DNA of 24,000 nt, taken from the NCBI GenBank assembly GCA_000435055.1, contig FR879709.1:129961-153960 (forward strand). Direction: 5' to 3'. Origin of the DNA: Clostridium sp. CAG:138. Its GTDB lineage: Bacteria; Bacillota; Clostridia; Christensenellales; CAG-138. The notes under the pieces are model-generated. The model had not been told where the DNA came from and made no database searches. It was given only the letters and a program-made list of their open reading frames with translations. Shown here one piece after another: positions 14,689 to 21,989 of the stretch (positions within the stretch are counted from its first letter, which is position 1; the number at the start of each line of letters is the position of its first letter). Position numbers and translations under genes: made by a program.

Positions 14689-15948
14689 TCAGCCTTTGTA
14701 AATTATTCGGCTGCCTGCTTCGGCACTGCCCTTAATTGTTTTGCATTCAATACTGCCGCGAGCCTCCGCATGTCCCGCGATATCGCCGCAGCTTATATTG
14801 CCTCCGCAGTCAACGTTTCCGTCAACATTTCCGCAATTCATGCTCCCGCTTGTCTTCGCATGTCCGAGTATATCACCGCAGTTCACATCTTTGCCCGCAT
14901 TGACATCGCCGCTGACTTTGCCGCATTCAACACTTCCGCCGGTTCCAACATCGCCGCCGACATCCGCACAGCCGACATTTCCGCCCGCATTGACATCGCC
15001 GCCGATACTGCCGCATTCAATGCTTCCGCCCACTGAAATGTCTCCGCCGATATCAGCGCAGTTCACATTGCCGCCCGCGCCGACATCACCGCCGATTTCA
15101 CCGCAGTTCACATTTCCGCCCGCATATACATCACCGTTAACACTGCCGTTGATATCGGCATTGCCCCAAATTTCAACATTTATCGAGCAATCGGTGCGTC
15201 CGCCTTTCCTGCCGAACATACCCGCCGTTCCGTTCTCTTTTTCATATTTCAGTTCAACGGGAATGCAAACCGCAGGATCGTATTCCTGACTTGACACGAT
15301 CTGTTTTCCGCGCATCAGCACAACGCGCAGGGTATTATCATCCGGCATTTCGTCAATCATGATATTGCTCCATTCGAAACGATTTCCGTAATTACGGGTC
15401 GAAGAACGCGAATGTTTTTTTGCGCTTTTTTCAAATGCGCAGCCCGCTTTTTCAGCTTTTTTCTTTGCCATTCTCTCGATTTTTCTGCCGAATTCCTCGA
15501 TAGCATCCGTGTTGACGCTTACAATGCCGTTTCTGCCCTTTTTCACAAAGATGCAGCTGCCGTCATCATCTTCTTCATCGTCATCGTCATTTTCATCGTC
15601 ATCGTCTTCTTCATCGTCCCCGTCATTTTCATCGTCGTTTTCGTCCTCGTATTCGACTTCAACCGATTCCGGGTTGCAGGCAGCATCGCATTGCTGTTCG
15701 GCATCGGTATGAATTTCTTCACCCGCATCAATGTTTTTCTCGTTCTTAACATCGCGCAGCAGCTCATCCAGCGAAACGCCGAAAAGATCCGCAATTCGCG
15801 GCATCAACTCAATATCGGGATAGGAAGCCGCCGTTTCCCATTTGCTGACGGCCTGAACGGACACTCCGAATTCGGCAGCAAGCTGTTCCTGTGTCATTCC
15901 GCTTGCCTTACGCAGCTCGCGCAGTTTGATTGCAAAGTTTTCTTTCAT
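14689..15948 (-). CDS. XRE-family HTH protein with a poly-acidic linker and a C-terminal Cys-containing 15-residue repeat (beta-solenoid-like) domain
   Basis: The N-terminus MKENFAIKLRELRKASGMTQEQLAAEFGVSVQAVSKWETAASYPDIELMPRIADLFGVSLDELL is a canonical Cro/C1-type HTH. AGAGGGAA precedes the ATG at 15948, while the track ORF starts at 15987. There is no TM segment. See the findings for the repeat domain. Confidence 0.85.
   Translation of the reverse strand: MKENFAIKLRELRKASGMTQEQLAAEFGVSVQAVSKWETAASYPDIELMPRIADLFGVSLDELLRDVKNEKNIDAGEEIHTDAEQQCDAACNPESVEVEYEDENDDENDGDDEEDDDDENDDDDEEDDDGSCIFVKKGRNGIVSVNTDAIEEFGRKIERMAKKKAEKAGCAFEKSAKKHSRSSTRNYGNRFEWSNIMIDEMPDDNTLRVVLMRGKQIVSSQEYDPAVCIPVELKYEKENGTAGMFGRKGGRTDCSINVEIWGNADINGSVNGDVYAGGNVNCGEIGGDVGAGGNVNCADIGGDISVGGSIECGSIGGDVNAGGNVGCADVGGDVGTGGSVECGKVSGDVNAGKDVNCGDILGHAKTSGSMNCGNVDGNVDCGGNISCGDIAGHAEARGSIECKTIKGSAEAGSRIIYKG
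14692..15192 (-). repeat. about 10 degenerate tandem 45-bp repeats, coding (15-aa units)
   Basis: A recurring ...TTCCGCC(C/G)...CATC(G/A)CCGCCGA... unit appears every 45 bp. Translated, it gives GGDVxAGGNVxCxxI repeats. Confidence 0.85.
15562..15663 (-). repeat. GAT/GAA/GAC-rich triplet low-complexity tract encoding a run of D/E/N
   Basis: The plus strand reads GTCATCATCTTCTTCATCGTCATCGTCATTTTCATCGTCATCGTCTTCTTCATCGTC..., with TCATCGTCATCGTC occurring twice. It translates to YEDENDDENDGDDEEDDDDENDDDDEEDDDG. Confidence 0.8.
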
Positions 15949-15999
15949 GGTATTTTCCCTCTTTCTGATTTTCGTGAGTCGCCGCACCGCATATCTGTT

Positions 16000-16014
16000 A
16001 CGTTTGGAAAACGT
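16000..16014. promoter_or_regulatory. 6-3-6 inverted repeat ACGTTT-GGA-AAACGT in the predicted 5' UTR of the HTH gene (candidate operator)
   Basis: The palindrome has perfect arms and lies between the predicted TSS (~16041) and the start codon at 15948. Confidence 0.3.
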
Positions 16015-16047
16015 TTTTGTGTTTCGCCAACTCTTAATTTCGCGCTC

Positions 16048-16076
16048 ATTTTAGCAACGCAAGCTTTTCATGACAA
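16048..16076 (-). promoter_or_regulatory. candidate sigma-A promoter of the HTH-repeat gene
   Basis: The minus strand reads TTGTCA-17 nt-TAAAAT, with TGC extending the -10. Confidence 0.55.
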
Positions 16077-16109
16077 TAAAGCGGTGGTTGAAAACCCCAA
16101 AAAATCTGC

Positions 16110-16124
16110 TCAACCGTTGGTTGA
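16110..16124. promoter_or_regulatory. inverted repeat TCAACC-GTT-GGTTGA
   Basis: Perfect 6-bp arms with a 3-bp spacer. On the minus strand, TTTTTT follows 5 nt later. The site lies ~35 bp upstream of the -35 of the HTH-gene promoter. Confidence 0.35.
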
Positions 16125-16236
16125 ATCCCGTGCCGCCGCAAATTATTTATTCCTTTCGGTTTGTTTTGCGTGTTTCTTTAAAATTATTTCTGACTGAAAT
16201 CTTTTTTTCACAGATATATCTGCATTTATCAGCAAA

Positions 16237-16251
16237 TCAACCAAAGGTTGA
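16237..16251. promoter_or_regulatory. second copy of the same inverted repeat, TCAACC-AAA-GGTTGA
   Basis: The arms are identical to those at 16110-16124. A further GGTTGA half-site is at 16086-16091, and a CAGATATATCTG palindrome is at 16211-16222. Confidence 0.35.
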
Positions 16252-16300
16252 ATCGCATATCATTGCGAAACTCTCTTTGGTGTTTGCGCAAGAAGCTGTT

Positions 16301-17968
16301 TTATCGCCGCATTCCGCGCCCGCTGCGCTGCGAATTCACGGAAAAAGAACTTGCGATGCAGCGGAACATTCGTTCCGAAGCAAGGCGCAGACGCGTCTCA
16401 GCATCACAGTCTCCGTCCGCATTCGACTGTTCATCCGTAACAATTGTTGAAAAAACTCCCGCATTCGCAAGCTCGTAAATATGTTCATAACCCCTTCCGA
16501 GCCTTCCCGCAACAATAAACACGGGCACGGCGCCGCCGGAATTTGCGGCGCAGCGTTTCACAACCTCGCCGACGGCCTTCCCGTTGTCCGCACTTGATGC
16601 ATCAAGCTGCCCTTCTCCGGTTATGACAAGATCGGTGTCCCCAAGCAATGCATCAAAGCCGACCGCATTGAGCACCGCCGCCGAGCCGTGAGTCAATTCC
16701 GCGCCCAAAAGAGCCGACAGCATTGCACCCATGCCTCCCGCCGCGCCCGCACCGCATTCGGCGGACACTTTTCTCCCTGCCTCAGCGTCATACAAGGCCG
16801 CAATGTTTTTCATCCCGTCTTCAAGAGTGTTTAATGCTTCGGCGTCCGCGCCTTTTTGCGGTCCGTAGGTGTACGTCGCACCGTTTTTGCCTGTAAGAGG
16901 ATTATCAACATCACACATAACGGTTATCTTTGCCTCGAAAACATCTCTGCGCAAGCCTGACAAATCAATTTTACGCACCAAGGCAAGCTCTCGGCCGCAG
17001 CCCGAAAGCTCATTGCCGTCCGCATCCAGAAACTTAACGCCGAGAGCCGCTGCCGCACCCATTCCGCCGTCGTTGGTTGCGGAACCGCCTATACCGATCA
17101 AAATATTCCTTATCCCCTCGTTCAATGCTGAAGCGATAAGTTCGCCCGTCCCCCTGCTCGTTGCAGCAAGCGGATCCAATGCATTTTCATCCATCAATGC
17201 AAGCCCCGATGCCTTTGCCATTTCAATAACCGCTGTGGCGCCCGCCGTTTTTTCACCGAATGAGGTCAGAACACCGTATTCGGCAGCAATTTTCCTGCCG
17301 TCCGGCGCAGTAACATTCACCGAACGCATATTCCCGTTAAAGGCACGAGTAAGCGTTTCGGCCGTGCCGTCCCCCCCGTCCGCAATCGGAAGCGTTCTCA
17401 CACTGCATCCGGGAAGGTATTGCCGCGCTGCATTTTTGATAATCGTGCAAACTCTCTGTGCATCCATGCTGCCCTTGAACTTGTCCGGAGAAATAAGCAT
17501 CCGAATACCTGCGCCGACAGGGTCAATACGCCTTCCGCCGTATTCTTCAAAAGGGTTCACGGCAGGTTTTTCCGTTTTTTTGCAGCCGCACTCCGCCAAG
17601 TCTTTTTCATTAAAGACAAGGGTTCCGTTTTCGTCAAATCTGCCGTAAAAAGCCAGCTTCTCCGCCCGTCTGAGCGCATTCGTCTGAACGACGGGCCTGT
17701 ATTCCGCAAGCGCACCCGAAACGAGCGGATTGTCGTTCAGCTTTTCAAACAGACTGCGTGTTTGTTTTATGCCGCCGCCTGCAAATGCAACCGTGAATAT
17801 GTTTTTATCGTCGCTTTCATCAACCGGAAAATGACCCGCAAACAATTGAAGTCCACGAACGTCCGCCCTTTCAATTGCCGAAAAAATAAGGTTGAACGCA
17901 TGTTCGCGTTCATCTCCGTTTTCAACAGAATCGAATCTGAATCCGATACCGAAGCGTGAAATATTCAT
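16301..17968 (-). CDS. glycerate kinase family protein with an unrecognised ~156-aa N-terminal extension
   Basis: From residue 157, MLISPDKFKGSMDA...LPIADGGDGTAETL...IGIGGSATNDGG...LVITGEGQLD matches the glycerate kinase (GlxK/GarK) family. The ATG at 17968 has GAGGT 9 nt upstream, overlapping the stop of the clpC-like gene. Confidence 0.85.
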   Translation of the reverse strand: MNISRFGIGFRFDSVENGDEREHAFNLIFSAIERADVRGLQLFAGHFPVDESDDKNIFTVAFAGGGIKQTRSLFEKLNDNPLVSGALAEYRPVVQTNALRRAEKLAFYGRFDENGTLVFNEKDLAECGCKKTEKPAVNPFEEYGGRRIDPVGAGIRMLISPDKFKGSMDAQRVCTIIKNAARQYLPGCSVRTLPIADGGDGTAETLTRAFNGNMRSVNVTAPDGRKIAAEYGVLTSFGEKTAGATAVIEMAKASGLALMDENALDPLAATSRGTGELIASALNEGIRNILIGIGGSATNDGGMGAAAALGVKFLDADGNELSGCGRELALVRKIDLSGLRRDVFEAKITVMCDVDNPLTGKNGATYTYGPQKGADAEALNTLEDGMKNIAALYDAEAGRKVSAECGAGAAGGMGAMLSALLGAELTHGSAAVLNAVGFDALLGDTDLVITGEGQLDASSADNGKAVGEVVKRCAANSGGAVPVFIVAGRLGRGYEHIYELANAGVFSTIVTDEQSNADGDCDAETRLRLASERMFRCIASSFSVNSQRSGRGMRR

Positions 17969-17980
17969 AGTTCTGTGACC

Positions 17981-20536
17981 TCAACTTTCTTTTGTATTGT
18001 GCGGAACAATGCAAAGCCCCGTCCCGCCGTTTTCAACCTCTACCGTGCAGTCGTTGCAGCAGTATGCATCTTCAAGCAGCTTTTCGCTGATAAAATCCTC
18101 GCATTCGTTCGAAACGCAGCGTGCAACAGCCCATGCACCGTTTTTTTCAAGTTCGACTTCATCGATTTTGCTTGCAATGTAATTTGCGGCGGAAGCGCCG
18201 AAACGAACCGTTCTGCCCGTTTTTTGGAGTTTATCGGACAGATCATCCAGCATCAGTTTTGCAATCTCGGGAACAGCGGCTTGAGCCGCAGGCAAAAGCG
18301 CAGCAACGCAATCCGCATCGGAAGCGATTTCCGGCGGAAGTATCTGCCTTGCGTCCCGTTCGTCGCGGCTGCCGTTCAGCGCATTTGCCTCATCCGAAAA
18401 GCCCGCCCTGCGCTGTTTAAAGCTGTCGCCTTCACCGCAGGTGACGAATACAATCGCATTGCGGAAGCTTACATTTTTACCCTTTGCATCAGTCAAAACA
18501 CCGCACCGCATGATGCTTTGAACGAGCGAACGCACGGCAGCGTTTGCGTATTGAATGTCGTCAAACAGCACCACTGCAAAAGGCTTCCGCCGCACGGCTT
18601 CGGTCAGTCTTCCGCCGGAGACAGAACCCGCAGGCGATCCCGTCAATGTGCTGATCGCCGAATAGTCGGAATACTCGCGCATGTCAAACCGCAAAAGTGC
18701 ATTTTCGCCCGGATACAATGTCTCTGCAAGCACTGCTGCAAGCTTGGTTTTTCCCGAACCTGCCGCTCCGGTTACTGCAATTGCGGCACGCGGACGGTCG
18801 GGATCGTTCCGCCATGTGAAAGCGGAACGAAGGGCTTTGCACACGGAAGCAACTGCGGTCTCCTGCCCGACTATGTGCGCATTGATCAACGAATCCAGTT
18901 TTGAGAGCCGTGAACGGACGGTGCCGTCAAGACTGCTTACGGGAATCCCCGTCAATTCGTGAACAGTCTGTGCAACATCGCCGGCAGTGACGATCGGACG
19001 ACAGCTCTTTTTTAAAGAAGCCGCAGTGAATGCCGAATTCTCCGCTCCCGCATGAAGTGCATCCGCTGTTCTCGGCCCGCCGAGCTGCTTTTCCTGTTTT
19101 CTTAATTCAGCCGCAAGTGTAAAATCCCGCTCATTCAATGCATCCTCAATACGCATTCGGAGGCTTGCCCTTTCCTGCCGCAGTTCCGCTGTATTCTGCG
19201 GAGCAAGCCGCCGGCGGGAAGCTGTTTCATCCATTATATCTATCGCCTTATCCGGAAGAAATCGCTCCGGAATGCAGCGAACAGACATATCAACACAGGC
19301 TTCCGCTGCCTCGTCCGTAATCGAAACGCCGTGATGCGCCTCGTATTTCGGACGCAAACCGCGAAGGATTGCGATCGCTTCCTCCCGCGTGGGTTCTTTT
19401 ACGACTATCGGTGAAAAACGCCGTTCCAGCGCGGCATCTTTTTCGATATAGAGCCTGTATTCATCAAACGTTGTTGCGCCGATCAGCTTCAACCCGCCGC
19501 GAGCAAGCGCGGGTTTCAGGATATTGGCAGCATCGAGACTGCCCTCGCCCGCACCTGCGCCGATTATCGTATGTATTTCGTCAATAAAAAGAATTGTTTC
19601 GGGAGTTGTTTCGTCAAGAAGTGCTTTCAGTCTTTCCTCAAATTCGCCCCTGTATTTTGTTCCCGCAACGAGTGCGCCCAAGTCAAGCCGCAGCACCCGC
19701 GACGAACGCAGCTCGACAGGAACATCACCCGAAACTATCCTTTGAGCAAATCCCTCAACGACAGCCGATTTTCCGACGCCGGGACTTCCCGTAAGCACAG
19801 GGTTATTCTTGCTCCGCCTAAGCAGCGTCTGAATCAACCTGTTCAGCTGCGCTTCACAGCCTGTCAACGGATCAAGCTCCCCCCGCGCCGCCCTTGCCGT
19901 AAGGTCATCGGTATAGCTTTCCAACATCGGCGAACTCTGTCCGCCCCGAGGCTTATTTTTCCCGCGGGATACGTTTTCATCATGCGGCTGTCTTTCGGCC
20001 GAATCACTTTTTAAAGAATCATTCGCATTGCCTTTTGTTTTTTCGGCTGCGCTTTCATCATGGAGCAGCTCCGACTTTCGGCTTTCGCGCCCGTTCGAAC
20101 CGAGTTCCCGCGATTCATCGTTCAAAAGCTTTTTCAGCATCTGCCTGTCCAGCCCGATGGAATCGAGAATGCGTGATGCAAAACAGTCCGTCTCGCGCAA
20201 AACAGCAAGAAGGATATGTTTCGTGCAGATTGTGCGGCTTGCATATGCTTTTGCTTCATACAGCGCAAGCTCCAATACGCGTTTTGCAGGCGGTGCGAAC
20301 CCCCTGCTGTCCGTGAAAATATGTCTTCCGCCGCCGACAAGGGTGTCCGCATACGGAAACACCATGCTTTCATCCGCACCGCATTTGCGAAGGCACTCCC
20401 CCGCCGTGCCCGGCGCACGGAGCAGACCTATCAAAATGTGCTCCGTGCCGATGAAGCCGTGATGCAGCTCCTCCGCCGCAGCCTGTGCCGCATCAAGAGC
20501 TGCGGATGCATTTTCGCTGTAACCTTCCCAATTCAT
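17981..20536 (-). CDS. ClpC-type double-ring AAA+ (Clp/Hsp100) protein with a divergent second nucleotide-binding domain
   Basis: It has two Clp_N repeats (GTEHILIGLLR, CTKHILLAVLRE). D1 is conserved: GSPGVGKS, AGTKYRGEFEERL, ILFIDEIHTIIGAG, ALERRF. A UVR-like linker (RDFTLAAELRKQEKQL) follows. D2 has a GAAGSGKT P-loop. The ATG is at 20536, and the track ORF begins at a TTG at 20581 with no SD. Confidence 0.85.
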   Translation of the reverse strand: MNWEGYSENASAALDAAQAAAEELHHGFIGTEHILIGLLRAPGTAGECLRKCGADESMVFPYADTLVGGGRHIFTDSRGFAPPAKRVLELALYEAKAYASRTICTKHILLAVLRETDCFASRILDSIGLDRQMLKKLLNDESRELGSNGRESRKSELLHDESAAEKTKGNANDSLKSDSAERQPHDENVSRGKNKPRGGQSSPMLESYTDDLTARAARGELDPLTGCEAQLNRLIQTLLRRSKNNPVLTGSPGVGKSAVVEGFAQRIVSGDVPVELRSSRVLRLDLGALVAGTKYRGEFEERLKALLDETTPETILFIDEIHTIIGAGAGEGSLDAANILKPALARGGLKLIGATTFDEYRLYIEKDAALERRFSPIVVKEPTREEAIAILRGLRPKYEAHHGVSITDEAAEACVDMSVRCIPERFLPDKAIDIMDETASRRRLAPQNTAELRQERASLRMRIEDALNERDFTLAAELRKQEKQLGGPRTADALHAGAENSAFTAASLKKSCRPIVTAGDVAQTVHELTGIPVSSLDGTVRSRLSKLDSLINAHIVGQETAVASVCKALRSAFTWRNDPDRPRAAIAVTGAAGSGKTKLAAVLAETLYPGENALLRFDMREYSDYSAISTLTGSPAGSVSGGRLTEAVRRKPFAVVLFDDIQYANAAVRSLVQSIMRCGVLTDAKGKNVSFRNAIVFVTCGEGDSFKQRRAGFSDEANALNGSRDERDARQILPPEIASDADCVAALLPAAQAAVPEIAKLMLDDLSDKLQKTGRTVRFGASAANYIASKIDEVELEKNGAWAVARCVSNECEDFISEKLLEDAYCCNDCTVEVENGGTGLCIVPHNTKES

Positions 20537-20545
20537 TTTTTCACC

Positions 20546-20575
20546 GTTAATTCGTATGGCTGTTAATTCGTATGG
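20546..20575. repeat. perfect 14-bp direct repeat GTTAATTCGTATGG x2, 2-bp spacer
   Basis: The copies are at 20546-20559 and 20562-20575. On the minus strand this is CCATACGAATTAAC-AG-CCATACGAATTAAC, ending 9 nt before the clpC-like ATG. Confidence 0.8.
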
Positions 20576-20661
20576 ATTCAAATCCGATTAATCTCTCAAT
20601 CAAATCGAGCGATTGAGCGGACACTTCGAATACCGCCCCGCAAAACATGCTTTTCTGTTTT

Positions 20662-21870
20662 TTAAACAACGACCGTCTTGCCGTTTTCTCGTATTTTGTC
20701 ATGCTTCCGTTTTCGTTTCATCGGACGACGCATATAGACGTTCAGAACAATGCCCACACCTATCATGTTTGTGAGCATATTCGACCCGCCGTAGCTTATA
20801 AACGGCAGCGGAATTCCCGTAACGGGCATTATTCCCATCGTCATGCCGATATTTTCGAAAATATGTGCCGCAAGCATTGCGCTGACACCCGTAACAAGGC
20901 AGGTGCCGAAATTATCCCGCGCTTTTATTGCAATATACATCCAGCGGAAAAGCAGTGCAAAGAAAACAATAATCAGTATCGTACTGCCGATGAATCCGAC
21001 CGCCTCCGTTATGCCGCTGAATATGAAATCCGTGTGCCTTGCCGGAACATAGCGAAGCTGTGCCAGCGTCTGCTCACCGAAAAAGCCCTTGCCCGTGAGC
21101 CGTCCGGAACCTATTGCCATCTGCGACTGTCCGACATGGTACTTTGCATCGTCGCTTGCGGCGGACGGATTCAGAAAAACATCGATTCTGTCGCGCTGCT
21201 TCGGGGTCAAAACAAAAAAGTACATCAGCGGAAGCCCCACCCCGGCTCCGACAGCGGCAAAGATTATATAAATCCACTTTATCTGCGCAACGAAGAATGT
21301 CACAACCATGATAACAAGCAATACAATCGCCGTTCCGTAATCAGGTTGGAGAACTATCAGCATGAACGGAACGAATGTTATGCCGAGAGCAATCATAACG
21401 TCCTTGAATTTCAGCAATCGCCCGTCCCTGTCCATTGCGGCAGAGACGTATTTTGAAAGCATCACGATCAATGCGATCTTGCTCAGCTCGCCCGGCTGTA
21501 TTGCCCTTTCAAGCGTGTCGAAAACAAACCAGCCCTGCGCACCGCCGCGCACCTTGCCGAAAATGAAAAGCAGCATCAGCAAGCCTATTATGCCGATGTA
21601 TGCCCACATTGCAAAAGTTTTGAATATGCTGTAATCAAAAACAAGAAATATTATCATTGCAGCAAGTCCTACAAGGAAGTTTGTTATATGCTTCTGCAGG
21701 TATTCCATGTTGAGCTTGTCCATATAATCCGCAATGCCGTGTTCCGTGCCGTCAAAAGGCTTTGCCTGAACAGAGGCAAGTGCGATCGTGCCGAACACAA
21801 CGAGCGCAAGCACGATTCCGACCGTTACCCAGTCTATTCTTTTCAGGTATTTCTTATCAAAAAGGCTCAT
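20662..21870 (-). CDS. FtsW/RodA/SpoVE (SEDS) family peptidoglycan polymerase
   Basis: 402 aa and polytopic. It carries QPGELSKIALIV, RHTDFIFSGITEAVGFIGS and MPVTGIPLPFISYGGSNMLTNMIGVGIVLNV. The three subfamilies cannot be told apart by eye. Confidence 0.9.
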   Translation of the reverse strand: MSLFDKKYLKRIDWVTVGIVLALVVFGTIALASVQAKPFDGTEHGIADYMDKLNMEYLQKHITNFLVGLAAMIIFLVFDYSIFKTFAMWAYIGIIGLLMLLFIFGKVRGGAQGWFVFDTLERAIQPGELSKIALIVMLSKYVSAAMDRDGRLLKFKDVMIALGITFVPFMLIVLQPDYGTAIVLLVIMVVTFFVAQIKWIYIIFAAVGAGVGLPLMYFFVLTPKQRDRIDVFLNPSAASDDAKYHVGQSQMAIGSGRLTGKGFFGEQTLAQLRYVPARHTDFIFSGITEAVGFIGSTILIIVFFALLFRWMYIAIKARDNFGTCLVTGVSAMLAAHIFENIGMTMGIMPVTGIPLPFISYGGSNMLTNMIGVGIVLNVYMRRPMKRKRKHDKIRENGKTVVV

Positions 21871-21936
21871 TCAAAAGCCGCGCCGCGCCCGCAAGTGGCT
21901 TCGGCAATCCTTTCGTGTTTATGTGTTTACAAGATC

Positions 21937-21973
21937 TGCGGTGCGATACGAAAAGCCGTTTCCCCGCACCGCA
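21937..21973. terminator. hairpin after pgi, possible terminator of uncertain orientation
   Basis: A perfect 9-bp stem (TGCGGTGCG/CGCACCGCA) encloses a 19-nt loop. The T-run (CTTTTTGT) follows it on the plus strand, not on the pgi (minus) strand. Confidence 0.35.
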
Positions 21974-21989
21974 CTTTTTGTCCGCCGCA

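Noticed and set aside
14692-15192. Regular 45-bp periodicity that could superficially suggest a CRISPR-like array
   Set aside because: The units are contiguous and degenerate with no unique spacers. They lie in one open reading frame, and no cas genes or leader are present.
14548-15289. Long plus-strand ORFs (162 aa and 182 aa, one Pro/Ser/Thr-rich with PQF/LPP periodicity) overlapping the repeat region
   Set aside because: They are the antisense reading of the 45-bp coding repeats. The minus-strand frame continues without interruption from a bona fide HTH domain with a good RBS. The plus-strand ORFs have no RBS and run through the bidirectional terminator region.
12792-16300. Possible tRNA-associated genomic islet (barnase/barstar and the HTH-repeat gene next to the tRNA array)
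   Set aside because: There is no integrase, recombinase or transposase and no direct repeat of a tRNA 3' end. The genes lie on the 5' (promoter) side of the array rather than at a tRNA 3' end. Accessory status can only be tested by comparative genomics.
20537-20661. Search for a CtsR operator (direct heptad repeat of the GGTCAAA type) upstream of the clpC-like gene
   Set aside because: No such heptad repeat is present. The only repeat is the unrelated 14-mer reported as a finding.
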